DNA of 39,316 nucleotides from a virus, in IMG/VR virus record IMGVR_UViG_3300029868_000026, one strand, 5' to 3'. The position numbers and the translations under genes are program-made. Shown piece by piece: positions 1 to 9,700 of this stretch. The notes under the pieces are model-generated. The model did no database searches. It saw only the letters and a program-made list of their open reading frames with translations, and had not been told where the DNA came from. How positions within the stretch are numbered: the stretch's first letter is position 1; each line of letters opens with the position of its first letter.

Positions 1-119
1 TTATAGGTTTCAACATTATCATCCGCATCAATGTTTCTAATCCGTGATGTGTCGGTGATCGCGCCATGTGTTTCACGGCTCCAATCACCGCCGCCATTCA
101 CCTTTTGATTAACGCCGTT
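1..119. repeat. Terminal overlap copy A (identical to 39198-39316)
   Basis: Direct reading: ttataggtttcaacattatc...ttgattaacgccgtt occurs at both window ends. Confidence 0.97.
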
Positions 120-479
120 ACTGTGTGCCCACAACATATCACCGGTGGCAAGTTCTGGCATGCCCAACCCGTTGCCAAGGATAGAGCGGATAAATAACAA
201 ATCCGGTTTGCCATAACCAAACGCAATTTCAACAATGGTGCCCGGTTCTGGAAAACCAAAGTGCCCGCGTTCTATGCCAGCACATGCCACCGGCAACGGA
301 ACGGCGCGGTATATGTCCAACGCGGTATCATCATCACCATTAGCCAATAACACTTGTATATCGACGGCATAGCGCGGCCTGAAAGCTTCGCTTAATCCTG
401 GTTGTGTTAAAGGATCGGATACAGCAACCACCCGCGCAAACATGGGTAAATGATAATTACCCGATAACGCGGGAAACAT
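1..479 (-). CDS. V: Baseplate central spike (P2 gpV / Mu gp45-like), N-terminal part; continues across the circular junction into 39197..38711 (321 aa in total)
   Basis: ATG at 479-477 (MFPALSGNYHLPMFARVVAV...) is in frame with the 38711..39298 ORF once 1 is equated with 39198 (479+487 nt = 322 codons). OB-fold-like segment PEPGTIVEIAFGYGKPDLLFIRSILG resembles the gpV/gp45 family. Confidence 0.8.
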   Translation of the reverse strand, partial: MFPALSGNYHLPMFARVVAVSDPLTQPGLSEAFRPRYAVDIQVLLANGDDDTALDIYRAVPLPVACAGIERGHFGFPEPGTIVEIAFGYGKPDLLFIRSILGNGLGMPELATGDMLWAHSNGVNQKVNGGGDWSRETHGAITDTSRIRNIDADDNVETY

Positions 480-496
480 CCGCAACACAATTTTTT

Positions 497-1204
497 TTAT
501 CGCATTTTCCAAGGGTTCTTGCTCCACTTTATATTTAGATGCACACCATCCAATTGAACATGGGTGATGATGTTGCCATCATCCAACATCACACCGGGGC
601 GCAATCGCGGAAAAACCGGCACCCTTGCCGAATTATTAACACCGTGGTTGGTTTTCCATTTCACCGGCAAATTCACCGGGCTTTTACTCGCCCAAAAACT
701 ATGCGCCCAACTACCAACAAAAATTTGGCCGTTGCCTTGTTGTTGCCAAATCAATTGATCAATAGAGAAAACATCCGCAAACGAATCAAGGCAATGATAA
801 CCCCCGGCCATCGAATAGAACGCCGGGGCTTTTGTTTTTGTGTATGGCTCATTGGGCACAACAAAATCAACGCCGGTTTTCTGATTAATGGCGTTCAACA
901 CCTCCACCATAGTTACATTGCGTAAACTTAACGGGATTTTGTCGCTAAGAACGGCGGAAATCTCCCTACAAAATATTTTTTGTTGAAAGTTATCAACCGT
1001 CATGCTGCTTTCCACGATTCCAACAAAAAACCGTTGCAAATTATCACTATCATAACCAAGACTAAAACGAACAAGACCAGATAAAACAACATTCGATTGC
1101 ACCACAAAAACAGCTCTACCAGGGGTGAATAAATCCAACTGAACATCATCCGCCACAATTTTCTTGTCATCGCCGCCCACCTCTAAAACCTTAAACAGCC
1201 TCAT
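497..1204 (-). CDS. Baseplate-associated protein, possibly hub (gpD/gp27-like); function uncertain
   Basis: 235-aa ORF whose start overlaps the upstream gene by 4 nt; it ends 17 nt upstream of the spike start. Position suggests a baseplate role; no motif recognised with certainty. Confidence 0.55.
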   Translation of the reverse strand: MRLFKVLEVGGDDKKIVADDVQLDLFTPGRAVFVVQSNVVLSGLVRFSLGYDSDNLQRFFVGIVESSMTVDNFQQKIFCREISAVLSDKIPLSLRNVTMVEVLNAINQKTGVDFVVPNEPYTKTKAPAFYSMAGGYHCLDSFADVFSIDQLIWQQQGNGQIFVGSWAHSFWASKSPVNLPVKWKTNHGVNNSARVPVFPRLRPGVMLDDGNIITHVQLDGVHLNIKWSKNPWKMR

Positions 1205-1728
1205 TTCAGTTTATCTTCAAAAAATTGCAGTACGGTTTCAAACCCGGTCAACTCCACCGCAGGTTCATCTTGTGTGGTGGATGCCACAGGGCCAACCGAT
1301 TCCCCATCGGCTTGTTGTTCTTCAATGATCGGTTCATCTTGTCGCAAAAGGTTTTTTTCGGATGTGCTTAAATGTTCCGTTAACACAAAATAAACCCGCC
1401 ATGCTCTTTTGTGTTCAATCTCGCTAACATTGAAATTGTCGGTGAATTTTACCTGTCGAATCTTTAGTGCTTTTGCTAAGGGTTCCACAAGGTCAAAAAC
1501 TTTCATCCCCCCCTTATCATCAATGGTTTCAGAAATCGCCACCAATTCAGTTAATAAATGCGCCTCATTCATATCTATTTGTAATGATACGGATAATGAT
1601 TTGGGTTTTATGCCTTTGTTCACTCTATCGGTGGCACTGGTTTGGCCGCTGATATTTTCAGTTTCAAAACGAAAATATACCGATACTTGGCGTTCTTTTT
1701 CTGGCACTTCAAATTCGTCTAAGGTCAT
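1201..1728 (-). CDS. Hypothetical tail/baseplate protein
   Basis: 175-aa ORF with 4-nt overlaps to both neighbours in the late operon. Confidence 0.6.
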   Translation of the reverse strand: MTLDEFEVPEKERQVSVYFRFETENISGQTSATDRVNKGIKPKSLSVSLQIDMNEAHLLTELVAISETIDDKGGMKVFDLVEPLAKALKIRQVKFTDNFNVSEIEHKRAWRVYFVLTEHLSTSEKNLLRQDEPIIEEQQADGESVGPVASTTQDEPAVELTGFETVLQFFEDKLK

Positions 1729-2630
1729 AGCCCTAACACCTCTTTTAAAAACGTCAATTCACCCGCATCAGCCACCACTAACACCGCCGCACATAAATTG
1801 TTTTCATGGCCGCCTGTTTCCGTTGTTCTAAGTAGGTTGGCTATGCTGGAAAGTGGGCGCGCTGATACAAACGCAGCATGGCCGGTATCACCAGAAAATG
1901 AGGATAGCAACGCATCACTAATCGTTTTGCTGTCTTGTATGTGTTGCTGTTTTTTAGCAATCAATGTTTGTAATTCGCTTACCGGGTCGGTGTTTTCTGC
2001 ATCGTACCCCACCGCAATGGCCAACCGTTTGCCAACCACTGACAACACATTGTTGGTGGTGGATTGCTGCAATGTATTGGATAACACCCACCGGCTATTT
2101 TTTGCGGGTTGGGGTAATAGGATTTTTTCAGCGTCTAAATTAAATAGCTGTTTGGCGCGGCGTTGTACCATCTGAAATTCCGCCACGGGAAAGACCGCAT
2201 TGAATGCGGCCAATTGACTTTCAAAATTATCTAATGTTGATGAATACACCATTATAGCAACGGCTTCTTTTTCGCCACCTGGCAAACTCGCATCATTGGC
2301 ATCAACCAATTTATCCGCCAATGCATTCACCGCATTTTGTGGAGACAAATTCCGAAACACCCCACCACCTTGCCCGACATCGGCAACCCACGGATGCACC
2401 GCAACCACATGAGTATTAGCATTAATAGCATCAACCAATTGCGCCCAACTTGAACCGACACCGGAAACATCAGAGGCAACCGTATTGGCAACAAAATTAT
2501 GGGATACCGAAACCAACCGGCCATTGGCGTTTGTCAATTCACCGCCTGCATTGGCAAGCATGATATCAACATCATTGGCCGCATCGGTTGCGATACTTGG
2601 TGCGCTAAAATTTGTGGGTTGCCAATTCAT
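1725..2630 (-). CDS. Hypothetical protein downstream of the tail fibre gene
   Basis: 301-aa ORF, co-oriented with the late operon and coupled to the next gene. No recognisable motif. Confidence 0.6.
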   Translation of the reverse strand: MNWQPTNFSAPSIATDAANDVDIMLANAGGELTNANGRLVSVSHNFVANTVASDVSGVGSSWAQLVDAINANTHVVAVHPWVADVGQGGGVFRNLSPQNAVNALADKLVDANDASLPGGEKEAVAIMVYSSTLDNFESQLAAFNAVFPVAEFQMVQRRAKQLFNLDAEKILLPQPAKNSRWVLSNTLQQSTTNNVLSVVGKRLAIAVGYDAENTDPVSELQTLIAKKQQHIQDSKTISDALLSSFSGDTGHAAFVSARPLSSIANLLRTTETGGHENNLCAAVLVVADAGELTFLKEVLGL

Positions 2631-2719
2631 ATTAATATCCCAACGGTTCGGCGGTTTTAATGGCAGTTAAAATAGAATGAAGATTCATTTTAGTAACGCG
2701 AATATCAAAGGCCATTTTC

Positions 2720-4753
2720 TTATGCATTTTCTAAAGCTTCTATTCTGCTAATAAGGCCATCGATTACATTATCACGTTCCAATATCATGCCGTTTAATTC
2801 CTGTACCGATTTTATAAGTGGGCCAATGAATTCCTCATAACCTATACTCTTAAAATCCGCACCACCACCAATAGAATGATCCTGATACCCAGCGAAATCT
2901 ATATTCAGTTTATCCATCAAAGCTTTGATTTCATCTGCAATTACACCCTGATGAAAACGGTTTCGCTTCTTGCTACCATCTCGCGGTATCAGTGTGACAA
3001 CTTGTTTTCCATCATCGTCTTCAGTGACCTGTACATAGTCCTCGCGGTAATCCAAACGATATTCGACTGGGCGAACTTCCAAAAGGAAACTTAATCCTAA
3101 AGTGGTATCAATTATGTCTGCTTTATCTCGTACATCAGAACGGTTTTGTACGGCACCATAGGCAAAAGTAGTGGAGTTAGAATTGCCTAATTGCACCTGA
3201 TTATCCGCAGTGACGTTACAGTAATCACCGAGACACGTAGCACTATCAAAAGCACCAGAACTAAATCCAGCACCTACGCCAAGATTAATACTACGAATAC
3301 CAGAACCAGAACCACCAGCATGAGCGCCTATGTTCACCGCGTCTTCAGAAGTACCAAAATCACCCGCGAACTCACCTATACAAACACTGCCGTGACCTTG
3401 ATTGTTTTGTCCCGCGTTTTGCCCTATCGCTATAGCAGTAGTTTCTTGCCCAGTGACTCCAGCATTCGGGCCTATAGCTATAGCGGCAAGTCCCTGACCA
3501 GCATTTCCCGCGAAACTACCAATACCTATGCTAAGAATCCCCGCGTCAGCATTGCCATTGGCACCATCACCAATATGAACTTCAGCACCTGTTAACGATG
3601 CGATTATGTTATTAGCGGTAGTTTGTGCCGTTACCGCTTTACCATCTGCGGTGTTAGCCGCAGTTTGTGCCGTTACCGCTTTACCATCTGCGGTATTAGC
3701 CGCAGTTTGTGCCGTTACCGCTTTACCATCTGCGGTATTAGCCGCAGTTTGTGCCGTTACTGCTTTACCATCTGCGGTATTAGCCGCAGTTTGTGCCGTT
3801 ACCGCTTTTCCATCTGCGGTATTAGCCGCAGCTTGTGCCGTTACCGCTTTACCATCTGCGGTATTAGCCGCAGTTTGTGCGGCAACGGTTTCATTAATCA
3901 AATATTCAAAAACGGTGCCACCGATATTATGGGAGGTGCGCTCATCGGTAACCACACCGCCACCATCGATGCTGGCAACCTTAACCAAATAATGTTGGCG
4001 GTTGTTGCTGTCGATATAGTCGCTTTGCACCGCTGCATCATAAACCATAGAAACCACATCATTAACGCCGCCAGCGTGGCCCAACAAATGCACATCCAAC
4101 CAAACATCGGTTGGCAATGCGCCGGGGGTTATGGTGTGGGTTGTGTCGTTTTCAACTCTTAAACCTTTGACATAACCAACACCGGCTAACAGGGTAAAAA
4201 CACTGGCGTTATTTTCAACTAAAAACCCATCATCTAAAAATGCATCATCACCATAAAAATCATTAGCCACGGCGTTGGCGCGTTCGTCTTGTCCATCAAA
4301 GCGCCCCATAAAATCCATTTGCCAGGCTTCCGCCGCCACGGTTATTTGTGTTGTTGCTTGCGCATCCACATAAGCCGTGACAAAGTTTTTTGCAATCGTA
4401 TCACCCGCGACATTGCCAACGGTTTTTGTTTTTTGGATAACTTCACTATAACTAACACCCACCAACGTGTTGTCTTCTGCCTGAATACCAACCCAATTGA
4501 ATTGAAAATCTCCATCATCTGGCCCTAACACCAAAGAATAGACCACTTGATCAGGGTTTATATATCCTTGACTAGTCACCGCCCCTTCAAAAACAATATC
4601 CCCGGCATCGGGTATCACTTCCAACAAATCCACCGGGGTGGTTGGGTCTAGTCCGTCGATGTAAGCCAAAATAAATCTATCCACCACAAAAGGTTCCGAC
4701 AACCCTTGTTTTTGCGCAATTAGCGCGCGTCCCGCCGTTAATACTTGTGACAT
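2720..4753 (-). CDS. Tail fibre with YadA-like Gly-rich repeats and a C-terminal peptidase S74 intramolecular chaperone domain
   Basis: The N-terminus (MSQVLTAGRALIAQKQG...) resembles P2/HP1-type fibre N-termini. There are six TAANTADGKAVTAQ repeats and AIAIGxNAG-type repeats. The last 139 aa (SDVRDKADI...GVIADEI...IGYEEFIGPLIKSVQEL...IEALE) match the S74 chaperone-of-endosialidase pattern. Confidence 0.9.
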   Translation of the reverse strand: MSQVLTAGRALIAQKQGLSEPFVVDRFILAYIDGLDPTTPVDLLEVIPDAGDIVFEGAVTSQGYINPDQVVYSLVLGPDDGDFQFNWVGIQAEDNTLVGVSYSEVIQKTKTVGNVAGDTIAKNFVTAYVDAQATTQITVAAEAWQMDFMGRFDGQDERANAVANDFYGDDAFLDDGFLVENNASVFTLLAGVGYVKGLRVENDTTHTITPGALPTDVWLDVHLLGHAGGVNDVVSMVYDAAVQSDYIDSNNRQHYLVKVASIDGGGVVTDERTSHNIGGTVFEYLINETVAAQTAANTADGKAVTAQAAANTADGKAVTAQTAANTADGKAVTAQTAANTADGKAVTAQTAANTADGKAVTAQTAANTADGKAVTAQTTANNIIASLTGAEVHIGDGANGNADAGILSIGIGSFAGNAGQGLAAIAIGPNAGVTGQETTAIAIGQNAGQNNQGHGSVCIGEFAGDFGTSEDAVNIGAHAGGSGSGIRSINLGVGAGFSSGAFDSATCLGDYCNVTADNQVQLGNSNSTTFAYGAVQNRSDVRDKADIIDTTLGLSFLLEVRPVEYRLDYREDYVQVTEDDDGKQVVTLIPRDGSKKRNRFHQGVIADEIKALMDKLNIDFAGYQDHSIGGGADFKSIGYEEFIGPLIKSVQELNGMILERDNVIDGLISRIEALENA
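2723..3139 (-). other. S74 intramolecular chaperone / autoproteolytic domain portion of the tail fibre
   Basis: The domain starts at the conserved S-D-x-R-x-K motif (Ser codon at 3139-3137). Confidence 0.8.
3621..3872 (-). repeat. 6 x 42-bp in-frame tandem repeat inside the tail fibre gene
   Basis: The unit gtttgtgccgttaccgctttaccatctgcggt(g/a)ttagccgca is repeated head to tail and encodes TAANTADGKAVTAQ. Confidence 0.95.
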
Positions 4754-4767
4754 AATATTTTATCCTT

Positions 4768-5289
4768 TTAAAATTGAGCAATATCGGTGGAGTATCGACA
4801 ATGAGAACTACCACAACCAATTCCAACTTGTGAGAAATCGTTTGTGGTTATCTCATAACGGCGGCATGTTCGACCATACTTTGTCATTAACAACCGTATC
4901 AATTCAGGGTTTTGTGATAGCTGGTTGTCATCCATATTTATCACGATAACATCCCAATCTTTGCCGGGTGCGCGTTCTTGAATTTGTATGAAACCGATAC
5001 CCAACCGTATAAAAATCTTTTTAATGCCAGCAATAGAACCGGAATCAACAGAATTGATAAAGGCATGTTTTACACGTAATCGATAAAGCGCCAAATCTTC
5101 ACCATCAAAACGTTCTATATTGCGCTGATATGCTAATAAATCCAAAATGCCTTCAACGCACGTTTCAGCATCCATTTGGGTTAATGGCCAGGATAACCAA
5201 CCGGCTATGGTATCCCAATAACTTTGCCCGGCTGCGCGCAATTTTTCGATTTCTACTTTTGCCAACCATGCTGGTAATGTTAATTTCAT
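4768..5289 (-). CDS. I: Baseplate wedge protein, P2 gpI-like
   Basis: LLAYQRNIERFDGEDLALYRLRVKHAF...GSIAGIKKIFIRLGI follows the gpI pattern (LLPWLAWAFSVDRW...KGT.GA....LG). It sits directly after the J-like gene. Confidence 0.75.
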   Translation of the reverse strand: MKLTLPAWLAKVEIEKLRAAGQSYWDTIAGWLSWPLTQMDAETCVEGILDLLAYQRNIERFDGEDLALYRLRVKHAFINSVDSGSIAGIKKIFIRLGIGFIQIQERAPGKDWDVIVINMDDNQLSQNPELIRLLMTKYGRTCRRYEITTNDFSQVGIGCGSSHCRYSTDIAQF

Positions 5290-6467
5290 AACATATTCAC
5301 CGTTAAAGTATCGATTCTTGGCAATTCTAAATTACTAACAATATCAACCTGGATAAAATCAACAGAATACAAATCTGAAAATTGCTTGTGTAATTCACAA
5401 CCCAGCTTGCTAAATGAGAATTGCGACAATGGGAAAGTTAGGGTTGGTGAATAACCTACGTTTTCCCTAAATGCGCACCGAATAAAATTAATCACATCAT
5501 TTTCAAGGTCGGTTTTTTTTGCGTCCGTTAAATTTTTCTGAGGCCAAACATCTACCGTTAATACGTGTAAACTTTCAGGCATGGCAAACAACACTAAATC
5601 ATCGCCATGGCCGTGGTTTCCATTGTCGGTTATTTCTGCCTGTATGTTGGCAATAAATTGGGCGTCCGGTGTACCTATATCCAACATAATAAAGCCGTTT
5701 GCAGTACCAGGGCCGCGTGGGGCATTATGTTCAAAAAATACGTTGCGAGCTTTCACACCATCAAAGCTTGAAATTATCGCAGTATAAACCGCGTCCGTAT
5801 GCCATTGGCCAACCGCTCCAAATTGATTTTGTACCCGTTCGCGCAAATCATCATCCAATTCAACATCGGCACCAGGAACCAACAACCAATCGGCTAAATT
5901 GGTAACCGATGACACCCCCGGCACTGCGGTGGGTAAAATTGAATAATACCCCGCCGCCAAATTGTAATTACTGTAATTACTACCCGTATCAATCGCATCA
6001 ACGGCAACCAATGCGGTGGTTTCACCGTCTAACATGGTTTTTTCCTCTGTTGTCACAACCTCATAGATAACGCCATTAATAGCCACGGTTTGCACTGTCA
6101 CACCCACGGGAATAATTAGCGTGCCGCTACCATCAAACCTAGTAAACTGTAATTTACCGCTTGCGGTTACTGCCTGCTTTCGTTCGATATCAACCGCCCA
6201 TGCCAGCAATTCCAAATAAACGCCGCTTGCGGTTTTAACGTAGGCATTAGGCAACACATGAGTTATCAACAAATCAATCATCCACAGCGCCGGGGCGGAA
6301 ATCAGCGCCGACACTAAACGCCAAAAGGGCGAATACTTAGAATCATTGTTTATGGCTGAACCTTGCGCGGCGGCCTCTTCATTCCACTTTGTTTTTAACC
6401 CATCTTGTGTAGTGGGTATCCCGGCATCTTCAATCATCGCGGTAAATTTTTCAGTTTCATCATTCAC
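5286..6467 (-). CDS. J: Baseplate wedge protein, gpJ / Baseplate_J-like
   Basis: 393-aa ORF between the W-like and I-like genes with 4-nt overlaps. Size and position fit the gpJ/gp47 family. Confidence 0.75.
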   Translation of the reverse strand: MNDETEKFTAMIEDAGIPTTQDGLKTKWNEEAAAQGSAINNDSKYSPFWRLVSALISAPALWMIDLLITHVLPNAYVKTASGVYLELLAWAVDIERKQAVTASGKLQFTRFDGSGTLIIPVGVTVQTVAINGVIYEVVTTEEKTMLDGETTALVAVDAIDTGSNYSNYNLAAGYYSILPTAVPGVSSVTNLADWLLVPGADVELDDDLRERVQNQFGAVGQWHTDAVYTAIISSFDGVKARNVFFEHNAPRGPGTANGFIMLDIGTPDAQFIANIQAEITDNGNHGHGDDLVLFAMPESLHVLTVDVWPQKNLTDAKKTDLENDVINFIRCAFRENVGYSPTLTFPLSQFSFSKLGCELHKQFSDLYSVDFIQVDIVSNLELPRIDTLTVNML

Positions 6468-6790
6468 AATAATAACTCCATCGCCCCAAATTCAATTGTT
6501 GTGGCTTTCAGATAATAAGTATCACCGACTTTTTCAATGTTCGCGGTGCCGGGCTTTATCCTTAAATCGTTTTCAATTTCAATTTCCATTCGATTAATAT
6601 TTATGTTTATTTTTGATATGCTTCGTTCACCAATTAACGCAACCAACAAACCGGTTTCACGAATCATGTGCTTTATATCTTGCGCTATCGTTGCGCGCCC
6701 TATGATGCTTTCAGGCACGTTGACGGCATCCAATACCACATCATCATCTACCACCAACAAATCTAAATAATTTTGCAATTCATTCGACAT
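6464..6790 (-). CDS. W: Possible nested/independent gpW (gp25-like) baseplate wedge protein, 108 aa, in frame with the giant ORF
   Basis: Internal ATG at 6790-6788 is preceded by ggggaagaaaaaa (RBS-like). The sequence ...SIIGRATIAQDIKHMIRETGLLVALIGERS... resembles the W/gp25 core. It sits immediately upstream of J, as in the P2 V-W-J-I order. Confidence 0.5.
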   Translation of the reverse strand: MSNELQNYLDLLVVDDDVVLDAVNVPESIIGRATIAQDIKHMIRETGLLVALIGERSISKINININRMEIEIENDLRIKPGTANIEKVGDTYYLKATTIEFGAMELLL

Positions 6791-9700
6791 TTTTTTCTTC
6801 CCCGGTTGGTACACCGATAATTTTTTAATAGGTTTAGAGGTAGGGGGGGTATATTTCCAAATTTCACGTGATGGAGAAACAGCAGTAAATAGGTTTAATT
6901 CCGCAACAAACACGCCGCCATCGCTTGAATCCGTGGCAAGCATAAATGTTCTTGATAAAGGTAAACTTAAAATTTCACCTACTGTTTCACGATTGTATTC
7001 AAACAATCTTGCGGAAGTATATTCTTGATCAGATGGATCATATACAACACCGTAAATATATTTTGTTAATGCATTAATTGTAATTGATACAACCGTTACG
7101 ATTGAAGAATCACCAAAAACATTCCCTAGATTTACCCATAGACCACTAGCAAGAACATAGTGCCAAAGCTCTTGCTGTTGTGTTTGCTGATTAGCATCAA
7201 CAAAATACAAATCCCCATTTATTTCATCAACCGTTCCCAATGTAAATAATACAAGTGGAAAAGGAGTATCGGAATACATCGGTATTTCAATGGGATTACT
7301 TCCATCATTTTCAACGGTAAATAATTTGAATTCGGATGTCTGAGTATTAATAGCAACAATCCACAAAAACCCTTTCGCATCACATTGATATATTTCATAA
7401 ACAAGATAACCCCCCAAGAATGTATCATCTATAACATCCCAGGTAGAAAAATCATCAGTGGAAACAACAAGCGAACTTGTATTAGTCCCACCATTAATGA
7501 TATTTCCCCACACTTGCCCCGTGATTTCATTCACAGCTACAGAGGCGGCGGCTATACCATTTGTATTTACCATGCCTTGGCTAACTAACTGTTGCGCTAT
7601 GTTCTCATAAACCCCACTTACAACATTCAGTTTTCCAATTGTCGAACTGTCTCCACTAACAACGTATAATCCAACATACAAATTCTTTGTGATGCTGTTA
7701 AAATCCATGCTATAGGGGCCAACTGTCGATTCTTCGGTTATCATCTCACCCTGAAAAGACCAAACGCCACCTTCTACTATGTCTACTACTACTCTTTCTA
7801 CTACGGAAAAATGCCAAATTTCATTTCCAATTTGTCCCGAACTATCCGCCAGTGTAGTAATCACTACTTCATAAGGCCCGCCCACGGGAATAAATTCCGG
7901 TAACGCACTGACATCAACAATGATATCTATCGAACCATCCCTAGAATCCATCGCGTCAGGTATCAAAGCATAAGCTTTTGATTCAACTTCACTACGTTCT
8001 ACACCACTAGAATCTTGCTCGATGACAAACGTGTAATCATTCGGTAAATTTATAACCGGTGGATAATCTATCCGAGCAGGGGCGGTAAACTCTTCAAATT
8101 GTATGATGGGGTTTTCATCTTTAAGCCCCATATAATAATAAAACCGGTAAACGGTATCATCCCATTCATAAGGCAAATATTGTGTGTGTATACTTCCATA
8201 GGGTAGCCCATTTCCTTCTATAACTTTAAAACTTACCGGACTACCCCAACCATGATAAACCTGTTCATCAGTGGGAATATTATCCGCACGATAAATAAAG
8301 GTATGCAAATCTCCTTCGCCATTTGCACTTATACCAACCGCAATGCTTGATTCAGTTATATTATGTAAATTAACGGATGTTATTTCCGGTGCATCATAAG
8401 TAGTTTGTACGAGTTGATAAACCCATTCATCACCCGTAACATTATCAACCAATACAAAATATACATCATAGGCTGTATTATTTTGCAGCCCTTCTAAACG
8501 TACCCCCGCAAGTGAACCGTTGCTAATAGCTGAAAAAAATGATGTGGCGGGGGCTGCCCCACCACTTGCGGTTCTAGCTAATATTTCTGGAATTGTTGGC
8601 GTAGGATCACCCGCTGGAACAACCACCGTTGTCCAACTAGCATCAATATCTACATCAACCCATAAAGAAAATTGATACCTACCTAGTGTATCTATAAATG
8701 GGTAACCGTCAGCAAAAACGGGAATGGAAGAAACCACCGGCACCGAACCAACAAGAGAAATCATCCCCGTTGGAATATTTACGGATTTATTACCCGGTGC
8801 ATCTACAGTAAGAACTTCACCGGTTAACGCGATTGAACCAGTAGGCACATCAACGGATTTATCATCCGTTGTATTTACAGTAAGAACTTCACCGGTTAAC
8901 GCGATTAATCCAGTAGGCAATTCAACTGCTTTTTCATTCGTTGTATTTACAGTAAGAACTTCACCGCTTAACGCAATTGAACCAGTAGGCACTTCAACTG
9001 CTTTATCATCCGTGGTATCTACAGTAAGAACTTCACCCGTTAACGCTATGGAACCGCTTGGCACATCAACGGATTTATCATCCGTTGCATCTACAGTAAG
9101 AACTTCACCGCTTAACGCGATTAATCCAGTAGGCACATCAACGGCTTTATCATTCGTTGCATCTACAGCAAGAACTTCACCGCTTAACGCGATTGAACCA
9201 GCAGGCACATCAACGGCTTTATCATCTGTTGTATCTACAGTGAGAACTTCACCGCTTAACGCGATGGAACCAGTAGGCACTTCAACGGCTTTATCATCCG
9301 TTGTATCTACAGTAAGAACTTCACCGCTTAACGCGATTAATCCAGTAGGCACATCAACGGCTTTATCATCCGTTGCACCTACAGTAAGAACTTCACCGCT
9401 TAACGCGATTGAACCAGTAGGCACATCAACGGCTTTATCATCCGTTGCACCTACAGTAAGAACTTCACCGCTTAACGCGATTGAACCAGTAGGCACTTCA
9501 ACGGCTTTATCATCCGCTGTATTTACAGTAAGAACTTCACCCGTTAACGCGATGGAACCGCTAGGCACTTCAACGGCTTTATCATCCGTTGCATCTACTG
9601 TAAGAACTTCACCGGTTAAGGTAATGACACCGACTGGTATTGAAACTTCTTTATTATCAGTGACGGTAATGCTTGGCACTTGCCCTGTGAGGGTAATCGA

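Noticed and set aside
1-119. Terminal repeats as attL/attR or a biological direct terminal repeat
   Set aside because: The repeat lies within a coding sequence and simply restores a continuous ORF when circularised. The phage's attP candidate is elsewhere (about 36.6 kb), and P2-like phages package from cos sites.
2632-2715. 27-codon minus-strand ORF (MAFDIRVTKMNLHSILTAIKTAEPLGY*) in the gap after the tail fibre gene
   Set aside because: It is very short and has no RBS. It might be real, since its stop lies 3 nt before the next ATG, but the evidence is insufficient to call it.
3621-3872. Regularly spaced repeats considered as CRISPR arrays (also 8717-9724 and 19943-20050)
   Set aside because: The units are contiguous with no unique spacers, and all are in frame within long ORFs (periods of 42, 72 and 9 bp, all multiples of 3). 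No cas genes are present.
3606-4162. Plus-strand repeat ORFs (128 and 179 aa) inside the tail fibre gene
   Set aside because: They are antisense and alternate frames of the 42-bp repeat. The minus-strand frame yields a complete fibre with recognisable N- and C-terminal domains.
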